Assembly: GCA_965240325.2 (NCBI GenBank)
Contig: OZ251222.1
Location: 186,001 to 250,000 of the forward strand
Reading direction: 5' to 3'
Origin: Rebecca billardiae RCC1528
Taxonomy: Eukaryota > Protista > Haptophyta
Length of the DNA: 64,000 nucleotides
The notes below the pieces were generated by a model. That model was not told where the DNA came from, did no database searches, and saw only the letters and a list, made by a program, of their open reading frames with translations. A program made the translations under genes and the position numbers. Shown in pieces: positions 23,519 through 35,081 of the stretch. Numbering within the stretch: the first letter of the stretch is position 1; every line of letters starts with the position of its first letter.

Positions 23519-24613
23519 TTATGACTGATTGATGCCGCCAGTGTGATCATCCGCCACAGATTCGTCTTCCGAGGTCGTCTCCTCGCCTTCCACTGACCCG
23601 TCTGCGTCGCCCTCGGCCACGCGGGCATCCCCGACGCTTGCGCCTGCAGCAACCTCGCACACATCGAGGACGCACAGGTAGAACGGCCCGAACCCGTCAG
23701 AGCTGTCTGGCAGCACAAACCAGCCGCCGGCGGGCGTTGGCTCGCCGAAGGGGAGGTCAGCGGGCGCGCGTGCGCGCACGCGCTCCGAGTACCGCCGAAG
23801 CACGGCGCGGATCACGCCGTCGTTCTCACGCTCGTCCAGCGCGCACGTGCTGTACACGACTGTCGCCGGGGCGCGTGCCGCTTGGAGTGCACCACACAGC
23901 AGCTTGAGCTGGCGATCTGCATTGGCCTCGGGCGTGCGCACGGTCCAATGCACGAGCTCGGCTGGGTTCTGGAGCAGGTGTCGGTCCGTGGAGCACGGCG
24001 CGTCGACGAGGACTTTGCTGAATCGCCTGGGGAAGCTGGTGAGCACGGTGGCGTCATGCTGGGTCACGCGCACGGCGGCGCTGTGCTCGCGCGGCAGGTA
24101 CTGCGCCAAGACCTTGCGAAGCCGTGCGCATCGGTCAGGCGAGACATCGTTGCACTGCAGCTGCCCACCTGCGTGCGGCTGCAGCCGCTGAAGCGCGGCG
24201 ATGGCCTTGCCGCCCGGTGCCGCGCACACGTCGAGCACAACGTCCGTGGGTCCAACCCTCAGCGCCTCGACAGCGAGCAGCGACGCGCCGTCGAGGAGGT
24301 AGTGCTCAAGCAAGCCCGAGCCATCACCGCGCGGCGGCGGGAAGCTAGTACCAGGCGTACAGCGGTAGCAGCTCAACGCGAGAGGCAGCGGCTCGCCTGC
24401 TGTGAGCGCCGAATCCTCCTCAAGCTCTGTGTGCTCGCAGAACCGATTGACGAGGCGCACGTGCGCCGGCGGAGCGAGGAGCGCCGCGCGGAGCTGCTGC
24501 CATCGTTCGGGACCAAATTGGCGGGCAAAGTGGGCGTCATATTCGGCGGCGACTACCGGCAGCGGGCGCTGTTTGGGCGCCTTGGCGGCCTGCGAGCGAG
24601 ACGGGCGTGGCAT
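23519..24613 (-). CDS. NOL1/NOP2/Sun-family RNA m5C methyltransferase, NSUN3/NSUN4-like
   Basis: Motifs YLLDGASLLAVEAL, VLDVCAAPGGKA, KVLVDAPCS, VYSTCAL..END.VI and FGPFY. First ATG at 24613. Confidence 0.9.
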   Translation of the reverse strand: MPRPSRSQAAKAPKQRPLPVVAAEYDAHFARQFGPERWQQLRAALLAPPAHVRLVNRFCEHTELEEDSALTAGEPLPLALSCYRCTPGTSFPPPRGDGSGLLEHYLLDGASLLAVEALRVGPTDVVLDVCAAPGGKAIAALQRLQPHAGGQLQCNDVSPDRCARLRKVLAQYLPREHSAAVRVTQHDATVLTSFPRRFSKVLVDAPCSTDRHLLQNPAELVHWTVRTPEANADRQLKLLCGALQAARAPATVVYSTCALDERENDGVIRAVLRRYSERVRARAPADLPFGEPTPAGGWFVLPDSSDGFGPFYLCVLDVCEVAAGASVGDARVAEGDADGSVEGEETTSEDESVADDHTGGINQS

Positions 24614-24701
24614 CACTCGGGAGCGGCTGGCGGTCCTCACTCGAGCGCGCGCGCTGGTCAGAAAGCGTGGCGGGAGTCGTCAGACCTCCCCTGAATCGAG
24701 T

Positions 24702-27019
24702 CCCCTTACGTATTCAGAGAACATCTCTGTGAGAGAACATCTCTGGGCAAGCCCCGCCAGAGATGTTCTCTGGCCGGCAGCCGCCAGAGATGTTCTTTCA
24801 CAGAGAACGTTTTCGGAGCGCGCCACTGACCGTCTCGGCGGGCTGCCCTGCTGGGCTCCGACGACGGCTCCGCTACTCGCGTGCGACGCTCTCCGCCAAG
24901 CGCGATACCGGCCCGCCCACCGCGCGTTGAAGCGCGCTGGTGCACGAGCTCGCATGTTGAGCGCCATGGACGCTCTACGTAGGGCAGCGGCTCGCTCGCT
25001 CGCGCCTGTGGTGCCGCGCGTGCACGCGCGCGCGCATGCTCAAGAGCCGCCGCCCGACAGGGCACATGCACGCACGCGAGAGCACTGCCTTGATGCTGAC
25101 GAGCGTGGTGGCTCGCATCTCGCAAGACGAGACGATTCCGATGCTTGCTTTCACCGCCTTGCAGCCCTCTCGCGCGTGGCCGCCACAAGCACCCGCGTGC
25201 GCAGCACTGAGCAGCGCGGCGCAACACGTCGCGTGTGCTCTTCGCGCGCTGCCGTCCATCTCCCGACGCAGAGGGCTCGAGCCTGTGTGCGCGCCTTGCC
25301 CTGCAGATGTGCGCATGCTCGCTGAACAGATCCTTGGGGGCGCCGAGCAGTCTGCGCCCACGCCGCCGACTGATGAGGGCGGTGCAGGTTGGGGGATCAG
25401 CTTGAGAGTTGGCCTCGCGCCGCTGCTGCAGAGCCCAAGTCTCCTGAGACGCAGCCCTGGCGGCGCTGGCCAGGGGCGCGCACAGCGCGCGCTCGTGCGG
25501 CTGTGGATGCGGCCGTGGAGGTCGAAGCCGCATATGCGTAGCCGCGAGAGAGCGCGCGGCGCCCTCTCACGCGGCGCGCCTCGCTCGCGCCACGTTCGCC
25601 TCGTCTCAGGCTAGCGCGTACGCGCACGCGTGCGCGAGCGCCAGCCGTGCGCGCAGCCAACTGTCATCAGCTCGCGCGGGCGCGGGCCGCTGTGCGGTCG
25701 GCGTGAGCCAGGCGAGCCGCCGGGCAAGCCATCGGATGAGTTTGAGATGCCCTTGACGTGTATACTGCTTCTCGCATCGTCGCGCTCGCCCCACCCCCGC
25801 GCCCCCGCGCCCGTGCTGTCATGTGACGATGCGTACGCAGCTTGTGCTACAGTACTTACAATGTGGCGGCCCAGCGCACACAAGTCTTGGAACACCTGAT
25901 ACGAAAGGAGCGCGGCGCGAAGCTTGCGCACGGGACCCTGAGCAAGCTCGTGCTAGGCGAGGTCACTTGCTTAGCACCGATGAGCTCTCAACCTTGCCCG
26001 GCGGCTCGCCTGGCTCACGCCGACCGCACAGCGGCCCGCGCCCGCGCGAGCTGATGACAGTTGGCAGTGCCCACGGCTGGCGCTCGCGCACGCGTGCGCG
26101 TACGCGCTAGCCTGAGACGAGGCGAATGTGGCGCGAGCGAGGCGCGCCGCGTGAGAGGGCGCCGCGCGCTCTCTCGCGGCTACGCATATGCGGCTTCGAC
26201 CTCCACGGCCGCATCCACAGCCGCACGAGCGCGCGCTGTGCGCGCCCCTGGCCAGCGCCGCCAGGGCTGCGTCTCAGGAGACTTGGGCTCTGCAGCAGCG
26301 GCGCGAGGCCAACTCTCAAGCTGATCCCCCAACCTGCACCGCCCTCATCAGTCGGCGGCGTGGGCGCAGACTGCTCGGCGCCCCCAAGGATCTGTTCAGC
26401 GAGCATGCGCACATCTGCAGGGCAAGGCGCGCACACAGGCTCGAGCCCTCTGCGTCGGGAGATGGACGGCAGCGCGCGAAGAGCACACGCGACGTGTTGC
26501 GCCGCGCTGCTCAGTGCTGCGCACGCGGGTGCTTGTGGCGGCCACGCGCGAGAGGGCTGCAAGGCGGTGAAAGCAAGCATCGGAATCGTCTCGTCTTGCG
26601 AGATGCGAGCCACCACGCTCGTCAGCATCAAGGCAGTGCTCTCGCGTGCGTGCATGTGCCCTGTCGGGCGGCGGCTCTTGAGCATGCGCGCGCGCGTGCA
26701 CGCGCGGCACCACAGGCGCGAGCGAGCGAGCCGCTGCCCTACGTAGAGCGTCCATGGCGCTCAACATGCGAGCTCGTGCACCAGCGCGCTTCAACGCGCG
26801 GTGGGCGGGCCGGTATCGCGCTTGGCGGAGAGCGTCGCACGCGAGTAGCGGAGCCGTCGTCGGAGCCCAGCAGGGCAGCCCGCCGAGACGGTCAGTGGCG
26901 CGCTCCGAAAACGTTCTCTGTGAAAGAACATCTCTGGCGGCTGCCGGCCAGAGAACATCTCTGGCGGGGCTTGCCCAGAGATGTTCTCTCACAGAGATGT
27001 TCTCTGAATACGTAAGGGG
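24702..27019. mobile_element. 2318-bp foldback (Mutator-like) non-autonomous element with 1027-bp TIRs and a 9-bp TSD
   Basis: Arms 24702-25728 and 25993-27019 are near-perfect inverted copies around a 264-bp spacer. TSD GAATCGAGT at 24693-24701 and 27020-27028. Confidence 0.93.
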
Positions 27020-27206
27020 GAATCGAGTTCAGCATGGCTTCCGCCCAGGCCGGCCACTGGTCTTGAGGCTAGCCTTGTGATTGGTCGAGAAGCCTCGCTC
27101 GTCGAGCGTTCAGTACACGGAGCGGCCAACACCCTTTGCCTTGGGCGTCACTCACGCCGCTTCAGGAGGCTGGTGGCTGGACCTGGGCTAGGACCAGCCG
27201 CGCACG

Positions 27207-28086
27207 ATGATCGGCTACTACCTGTCGATGATCATATCGTGCGCGCCAGCCGTCTGCATGCACGCATCCAGGCACTTCTTTGCCCGCCCAGTCCGCTGAG
27301 CCCTCGCCCGCCCCTGCCACCCCACCGCGTTCCGTCAATGCAGCACGCTGGCTGGCACCATCTTGCCCGCGTACAAGTCCTACAAGGCATTGCGGACAAA
27401 TGACGAGGAGGAGACGCACAAATGGCTCAAGTACTGGGTCGTCTATGCGCTCTTCATTGCCGTTCAGTATCTCGCCGACTCCGTCCTGTGTTGGTGCGCG
27501 AACGCGCACGCGCGGGCATGCGGCGCACACGTGCGGCGCACAGGTGCGTGTGCAGTGCCTCCAGATTCACGCTGACTGTGTGGCATGCCCTCGGCGCCTG
27601 CGAGCAGGGTACCGCTGTACTACGAGGCGAAGATCGGCTTCACTTTGTGGCTTCAGCTGCCACAATTCAACGTGCGCGCGCATGGCTGCTGTCGCGTGAC
27701 TGCCACCGTGCGCTGCGGCTGACGGCCCTGGCTGCACCCCGCGCTGCGCCCTACTCTGCCGCAGGGGGCGGCGCTGTTGTACGCATTCGTGGAGCCACTA
27801 CTGATGGAGAAGGAGGAGACGATCGACTATGCCATTGCCAACTCGGGCAAGATCGTCAAGGAGCAGAGCAGCAAGGTGATCAGCAGCGTGACAGAGAAGG
27901 CAGGGTCGCTCAGCTCGGAGGTACGCCCTCGCACCGCGAGCGCCTGTACCCGGAGCGCGACGGTGCGGCGCCAGACTCATGACGCCAGGCTCATGCGCCA
28001 TACCTGGCCGTGCGACGCTGCGCGCGCGTCGCGAGCAGGTCATCAAGCGCACGAACAAGGCGAAGCCAAAGGCCGGTGCCGATTAG
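27207..28086 (+). CDS. HVA22/TB2-DP1 (REEP/Yop1) ER-shaping protein, 5 exons, 149 aa
   Basis: Exons 27207-27238, 27344-27493, 27608-27671, 27765-27920 and 28039-28086, all with GT-AG introns and in frame. Product contains PAYKSYKAL...KWLKYWVVYA...WVPLYYEAK...LWLQLPQFNGAALLY. Confidence 0.92.
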
Positions 28087-29904
28087 GCACAGCCTGTACC
28101 GCCAAGTACCCGTGTGACTGTACCTGTAGGCAGCACATCGCAGCACCGACGGGCACACAGGGCAGGCCGCACGCCCTCACTCCTCAGACTTCAGCAGTGG
28201 AACGTCTGGCGCGTCGTCGAGCTCTGGCAACCGTTGACCCTGCTTCACGGAGTGCTTCACGGAGAGCACCGGCAATTGTGCGGTGCATTGCTGATTCGGC
28301 AGCTGCGTTTGCGGCAGGCGCCGCTGGCAGGTCAGCCCGGATCCGCGGCTCACGCCGCCACGGCACGTTGAGTGTCAAGGCACACCGTGCTGCCATGACT
28401 GACCGCCCATGAGGCAGCATGATTGTTTCGTCTGCCAGACGAGACTCTGGCCCAGTCTGGAACCCGGGTGGCAGCGCGGCCGCCTCGGCGGCGCGCGGGC
28501 CCGGGGTCCGCGTGGGGCGGCCGGTGCTGCCCGGCGGTGGGAGTGCCGGCTACTGGCTGCCGGCGCGCCCCGCGGTCCGATACTTACTTATGGCGCACGG
28601 CCCCCCCCGAAAGGTCTGAGCGTGAGCGAAAGCCGGGGGGGGGGCGGCGCACGTGCTCCGCAAAATCAAAAAGAGGATGCGCGCAGGATTTTGGGGATTT
28701 TTCGGTAGGTGGCCACCGCGTATGAGTCGTGGATATCGCTGCCGCAATGATTGCGTTTGTAGTATAGATGCTAATTTTAACGATAGTAACACTTAGGGGA
28801 ATGCAGGGTGGAATAGCACATAACACCAGCCGTGTGTTAGAACATTCCGTCATAGTAAGATGCCTGAATTGTAAGAGCCTGAAACAGCTCGCCAACCATA
28901 GAAACGATAGGTTGGGTCGTCAGCTTTGATTCACGCGCTTCTGAAAAACAGCGTTTTAGATTAGACGCATCCCTCTTCTCTTAAGAGAACTGCGCTAGAA
29001 TAGTGTGGTGAGTGTGTCCTGGACAGCCTGAGCGGAAAGGTCAATAATCACGGTTGTGATTCAAGATTCCTCACCCCGTATTGCCAACTGATTCAAAGCC
29101 AATGCGGGTATGAATCGACGCGTTTGTGCTCTATCTGCGATCAATAAGAGCTCTCTGATTCAAATCGGTGTACGCTGTCCTGGACAGACTCTGATCAATA
29201 ATGATGATCGGCACGAAAAGTTGCGCGTGACGGCTCGGTGACGACGATCCAACGGCAAAGTGCCGCGGGTGCGGCGGCGTCGGTGCGGCGGAGGCGGAGG
29301 CGGAGGCGTCGGGGGAGGCGGCTGAAGGGAGCGAGGGCGATGGTGGCGGCGCAGTCGAGGGAGGTGCGCCGAATGGCATGTCCGTCCTCACCCTCGCCGG
29401 CGGCGGCCGCCCGCGTGCCGCCGCCGCCGCGGCTCCGCGGCTTGCTGGCGACCGGACTAATGCACGGGTGATGCGACCGGACGCGCCGATGCTGCGCGCG
29501 TACGGGGTGGCGCAGCTGCTGCTCGAGGTGATCGCGCACTGCGCGCTCGACCCCGCCGAGCCCGCCGCATGCGCCACCCTCTCCGCAGGCTGCGTCGCAA
29601 ATCTGACCTATCCGGTCGACAGGCGTCTGCACTCGGACCGCGCGGCGGTGCGGTCGCGAGGCCGAGCGCGGGAGCCTGGGCGGCGGCGGGCGCGCGGCGG
29701 GGCATGTGCTGCCCGAGAGGCTGGCGCACTCGCCCAGCGCCGCCGCGCACACCGCCGCCGACCTCGCGCGCACGACCTCCGTCAACTCCTCCGTCAGCGG
29801 CGGAGAGCGCGTCGCGTCACGCCGCCCACGCGGCTGGTCGCTGCCGCCCAGCCGGTTCGTCATCCGAGCGCAGTCGCCCGGCGGCGGCGGGGCGGATCGG
29901 AGGC

Positions 29905-29983
29905 GGCGGCGTCGGAGGGCGGCGTCGGAGGGCGGCGTCGGAGGGCGGCGTCGGAGGGCGGCGTCGGAGGGCGGAGCGGAGGG
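29905..29983 (+). repeat. 15-bp minisatellite GGCGGCGTCGGAGGG (~4-5 units)
   Basis: Direct reading. Confidence 0.75.
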
Positions 29984-31044
29984 CGGCGGCGCGCCGCCGC
30001 CGCCGCCCGACGGGCTGCCGCGATCGCCGCTCGCCGCCGCGATCGCCGCCGCCGACGGCAGCGGCGGCGCGCGGGCGCCCGCAGCGCGCGCCGGGCCGGT
30101 CGCCGCCTGGGTGGTGGGACCGCCGCTGGGGGGCGGGGCGGGCGGAGGAGATGGCGGTGGCGAAGGAGGACGCGGTGGTGGACGTGGACGTCACGCAGTC
30201 CGGGCTGCACTGGCTCATCCACCTCCTCTCCGCACTCGACCCGCCGCCGTCACCGACGGCGCAGCAGCTGGCGGCGGCGCGACGGACGGTGGCGGGCGCG
30301 GCCGCGGCCGAAGCGGGCGCGCGCCGCGCGCGCCGCTGCGGCGGCGTGGAGCGGCGGGAGCTGAGCGGCGCGCTGCTGCACACGCAGTCACGCTGCGCTT
30401 ACGTGCTGCAGGACGCTGTGCGAGCGCGCCACCGCCGACGCCGTCGCGCCGCCGCTGCCCCCGCCGCACCGGCACCGTCCGACCGTCCGACCGTGTCGTC
30501 ACAAGCCGCGGCTGCTGCTCACATTCACAAGCTGCGTGATCGGTGACTCTGAGCACTAGCCACTAGGGCCGTGCGCCCCCAACTTCGTTGTTCACTACCC
30601 GAAGATCGGCGTAGCCGATCATTATATTATTATTACCGTACTGGCCGTCGTCACTAGACACTAGTCCGTAGTGTCGACCGCGGGCACTACTGTCCGTATC
30701 CGCGTACTGTACTCCGTAGCTACTGTATGTAGTAAGTTGTAACTGATCGGACTTGAGTGATTGAATGAGCAGTCTACGTTGACTACATCATCAGTCACTT
30801 AACTTGACTTAATATAAGTATACTGCCACTGTATCATAGTCAGTACATATATATATAGAGTAGCATGTGATGAATGCGAACGACGAATAATAATAAGCGC
30901 ATGTGAGTCAGCGCCAGTAGTCGCCGCGGCGGCGGGCGGGAACCGTGATGATATGATCGAGAGAGAGAGCCGAGACGAGCAGAGAGAGTAATTAGTAAGA
31001 GAGTGAGAGAGAGCCAGATTGAGTGAGAGAGTCAGAGAGATCCA

Positions 31045-31048
<4 letters not shown>

Positions 31049-31107
<59 letters not shown>
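31049..31107. repeat. (AG)n microsatellite
   Basis: Uninterrupted AG run. Confidence 0.95.
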
Positions 31108-31111
<4 letters not shown>

Positions 31112-32228
31112 CGGAGAGAGAGAGACGGAGCTAGAGAGATTACGACTCGTCCGTCTGACCGGCTGAGTCAGAAAAATAAACCGGCCGACCCGGCGCTAAT
31201 AAGTCGTCATCGTCATCAGTTCCGCATTATTATTCGGCTGGCCGACTAAATAAGGCTAATAAAGCCGCTAGTCGTGCATATACTTTAGCTAGTAGTACGG
31301 CTAGTAGAGTCTAGAACTTTATCAGTAACGAGTAGGCTGTCGTGTACTAGCTACTCATAGCTAGTATCATAGTTGTATTAGTAGTCAGTTATCGAGTAAT
31401 CGACATGATATTGTCCGACATCAGCAGGATCGTCATCATAGTACTTATCGTATTTTTGTACGTACATCGTAGTACAGTAGTAGTGACTACTTTGTTAGCA
31501 GCGCCTTCAGCTCCGCTGTCACGGGCGCTGATGTGTGTCTCACTCAGTGAGACAGTGATAGTGACTCACTAATGTCACTGATGTCTGCACTTATGACCGA
31601 CCGGGCGACTGACGTCGACGAGTCTGACGTCGTAGCAGAATTCAATAGCCTAGATAGCTTACTGACTTCTACGGCAGGCTCAGCCCGAGTCAGCGGCGCG
31701 ACCGACGTCGCGGGCGTCGGCACGGCCCGGCCCGGCGCGGCCCGCGGCCCGGGGCCGGACTGCGAGCGGCTGAGCCGCCGAGCGCCGGGCCGGCCGTGGA
31801 TGGACTCACGCCACTCACGGGCACCACGTGACGTCGTCAGCGGTGCTGACTCGGTGCCGCCGGGTGGCCGTGCTATAGATAGGCCTGCCAGTGACCGCGT
31901 ACTACTACTGGTGGCCCGGATACGCAGCGCGACCTGCGCCTGCGCAGCCCTGCGGTACTACTGGTACTGGTAGCCAGCACTCCGGGTCACCGCGGAGTCG
32001 GAGCACACACACTGCACAGGCTGTACTGACACTGTACATACAGACTACCTGCTCACTCAATTCGACGCGAGGTAAATATGCTATATCAGTGCACTTACGC
32101 TGCTCCGCCCCGCCGTGATGGCACCGCAGACAGAGACCCGCGCCACTCGGTCGCCGCCCGCCGCCGGCCCGGCGGCGGGCGGACTCCGTCCGGACCGAGC
32201 CGCGCGCTCAACTTGAAGTTGATAACGC

Positions 32229-33171
32229 CTAACAGGCTAACTCGGGTAAGCAGTAACCGCCGCCCGGACACGGACTGAGTCTGAGCCATGGCTCAGTAAG
32301 CGTCGGATGGGTGGCCATACGTGAAGGCGGCACTCTGCATCTCACGGAGTCCGAGTCCGCGCTCTGCACGCTCGCACCCGAGGGAGGGCGGATGTAGAAG
32401 CTGAATCTGGCGCCGTCGTCCCATGGCAGGCCGCCGCAGCTGCGCCCGGCCGCCGCGACTAGCATGCACGCAATGATCGAGTAGGCGTTCGAGTCGGTCG
32501 TGTGTTTGCTGCGCGTGCTGATCGTGGACTGTACGCGCACGCCGCGCTCACGTCGGCGGCGACGACGACGATCTCGGTGCGGAGCGTGAGCGACGGCATG
32601 CACTCGAGAGTTGGATGATGGCGTCGACCGCGATTGGCCGACTGCCTTCGGCAGCATGGCATGGGCCAGCAGAAGCATCACCCACTCTTGGCACTTAGCT
32701 TGCGCGAGGCAAGACCCGGGAGCGAATCGACGCGAAACGGCGAGCCGCTCCGTCACTGATCGTGGAGGCCGCGTGCTGTGTGCGCGCCCGCAGTAAGGCG
32801 AGCTGCCGCTGTGGATCAGACGCTAGAAAGCAGGCCGTCATCGCAAACGGCGCGCTCATGAGCAGCCGCTGGTGGAACGGGATCGGGCGCATCGACAACA
32901 GCCGCTGCCGCCACCCTTCAGCCGTCCGGAAGGAGTTGTAGTCGGGCCCCGTTGTCCGCGGCACGATGCACAGGCCCACAGTCAATCCCAGCAGCGTCGA
33001 GGCCTGCGCCCTCAGATCCGCATCGTGGCGGACATCGCCGAGCACCTTCAGAGGTGATTCACGCAGCTTGGCGAGGGTAGCCCGGGGATGCGCGTAAGGC
33101 CGGTAGCCCTCCGTGTGCTCCGCCCCCGCCGGCACGAACGAGACGCACGCAAGCGCGACGAGCACCAGCAT
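32229..33171 (-). CDS. Hypothetical secreted protein; two overlapping frames need an unresolved intron or frameshift near 32760-32790
   Basis: Signal peptide MLVLVALACVSFVPAGA at ATG 33171. Protein-like sequence continues in ORF 32229-32756, but no clean splice pair was identified. Confidence 0.4.
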
Positions 33172-33572
33172 GGCCCTCGTCTCGAAGACGAGCCTCGAAG
33201 ACCGTTGGTTTGGCGCTGGTGAGCACACAGGGGCGTTCCCCGCATCGGTCATACGCCAAATTGAACCGTCTTCCTATTGGAACGGGCTTCGTCCATTTGA
33301 AGCGGGTACATTGAATACGAAAAAAGGCAAAGCCCCCCCAGGGGGGGCTTTGCTTTTCGGGAGCGTGTGGCAGGATCCCGGGAACGCCCTTGAATGGCTT
33401 GCGCCTTGCAGAGTTGCAGAAGCGGGCGGCGGGCAGCCGGATCTGCGCTGCGTTCTGACCGGCGCAGCGCTCTCGCGTCCGGTGCAACCGCAACCTTCAA
33501 CCTGTGCGCGTCACGCTCTCGAGCGAGCAGCCCTCGTCATCGCGACGACATCCCGGGAGGGCTGAACCAACG

Positions 33573-35081
33573 ATGACGACGCATGGGCCCGCGGCCGGGC
33601 AGCCGGCGTCGAGCACTATCTTCGTGGCTGACCTACCAGCCGGCGTCCAGGAGTCTGACCTGTCGCTCACCTTTGGCAACCTCGTCGGCTACGCGTCCTC
33701 GCGGCTGCGAGTTGACCGGCAGAACCGCGTCGTGGGCTTTGTTGAGTTCCACTCGCCGGCCGATGCATCCGCGGCCATGCAGCAGATGGACGGGCGCCCC
33801 GTGCAAGGCGGGCAGCAGCCCATGAAGATGCAGTTCGCCAAGGCCCAGCGGACTGGCCCCACCCAGGGGGCGCCGCCGGCCAAGCGCGCGCGCGACGACG
33901 ACGTGGGGCCAGGCATGCGGCCGCCGCCCAGTGCGCGGGGAGGCAGCTACATGGACACCGGGTACGACGCGGAGCCCGTCCCTTCGCGTGGGAGCCTCGG
34001 CTCGACGGCGAGGGGCGCGTTCGCCGACCACCTGCCGCAGCCACCTCAGTATCCCCAAGAGACGATGTCTCCTGGTGCCGCGCCCGGCCTGGGCGGCGGC
34101 ATGATGGGCGGCGCGCCGATGCCGCTGCACCCCGCACGCGCCCACATGGTGGGCGGGCCGGCGGACATGCTGGGGGCCAACCTGCCTCCGGACGCGAGCC
34201 CGACGCTGTACGTCGACAACGTGCCCCTCGACGCGACTGTGCGCGAGCTCTCGCACATCTTCCGCCCATTCCCCGGGTACCACTCGGTGCGCATCATTCA
34301 CAAGGAGCCCAAGCGACCCGGCGACCCGAAGCGCGTCCTCTGCTTCGTCGAGTTCAGCAACAAGTTCCACGCGACGGCCGCCCGCAACACCACGCAGGGC
34401 TACCGGATGGACGTGGGCGACGCGCGCGGCCTCGGCGTCGAGTTCGCAAAGGTCAGGGGATCTGACGGAGGCGCAGCCGCGCCTGGTAGCGGCCAGCGTG
34501 CGCAGCCGCCGCTGCCGCCACTGCCGCCGAACGATGCGCACGACAGCTTGCGCGCCGTTGACCGTGGCAACGGTGGCAGCCGCCGGGACGACCGATACCG
34601 GCGCCACCACAGCCCAGACAGCCGGTCGTGGAGCGGCAGCGAGTCGCGCGATCGCGGCGATCGCGATCGCGATCGTGGCCGCGACCGTGACCGTGACCGT
34701 GACCGCCGGCGCGCCGACCGCCGCCGACGCGACGACCGAGACGACGAGCGCGGCAGCTTCGACGAGGGCCGCCGCTCGAGCGGCGATCGGAGACGGCGAG
34801 AGTGGGGCAACCGCACCGACTACGCCGATGAAGAGGAGGCGGATCGCGATCGCCGCCAGCGAGCTTCGCCGGGCGAGGTCGAGCCCGAGCTGCGCCGCCG
34901 TGACAGCCACGACGGTGATGTCCCGATGGACGGCGAGGGTTTGGGCCCGGGAGACCTCCCCACCGCAGACGAGGGCGAGGTGCTTCCTGGAGCGCTGCCG
35001 TTCCGCCTGGACGAGGACCAGGAGACGACGCCGGCGCTTGGCGGCGGCAGTGGTGACGCTGCTGCCTCCGAGTGGGACTGA
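33573..35081 (+). CDS. Two-RRM RNA-binding protein with an RD/RS-rich tail; RRM2 resembles plant nuclear speckle RNA-binding proteins (NSR)
   Basis: RRM1 TIFVADLP...VGFVEF; RRM2 LPPDASPTLYVDNVP...RELSHIFRPFPGY...LCFVEF...QGYRMD; DRDRDR tract. Confidence 0.88.
   Translation: MTTHGPAAGQPASSTIFVADLPAGVQESDLSLTFGNLVGYASSRLRVDRQNRVVGFVEFHSPADASAAMQQMDGRPVQGGQQPMKMQFAKAQRTGPTQGAPPAKRARDDDVGPGMRPPPSARGGSYMDTGYDAEPVPSRGSLGSTARGAFADHLPQPPQYPQETMSPGAAPGLGGGMMGGAPMPLHPARAHMVGGPADMLGANLPPDASPTLYVDNVPLDATVRELSHIFRPFPGYHSVRIIHKEPKRPGDPKRVLCFVEFSNKFHATAARNTTQGYRMDVGDARGLGVEFAKVRGSDGGAAAPGSGQRAQPPLPPLPPNDAHDSLRAVDRGNGGSRRDDRYRRHHSPDSRSWSGSESRDRGDRDRDRGRDRDRDRDRRRADRRRRDDRDDERGSFDEGRRSSGDRRRREWGNRTDYADEEEADRDRRQRASPGEVEPELRRRDSHDGDVPMDGEGLGPGDLPTADEGEVLPGALPFRLDEDQETTPALGGGSGDAAASEWD

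Noticed and set aside
27034-27066. ATG 5 bp after the TSD as the HVA22 start
   Set aside because: It closes after 10 codons. The family-like N-terminus begins at ATG 27207, so this is at most a uORF.
28587-29230. AT-rich island as another MITE
   Set aside because: No convincing TIR pair or TSD was found by eye.
29378-30546. Possible gene with protein-like patches in three frames
   Set aside because: No consistent splice model or recognisable domain, and it is interrupted by a 15-bp minisatellite. Left uncalled.
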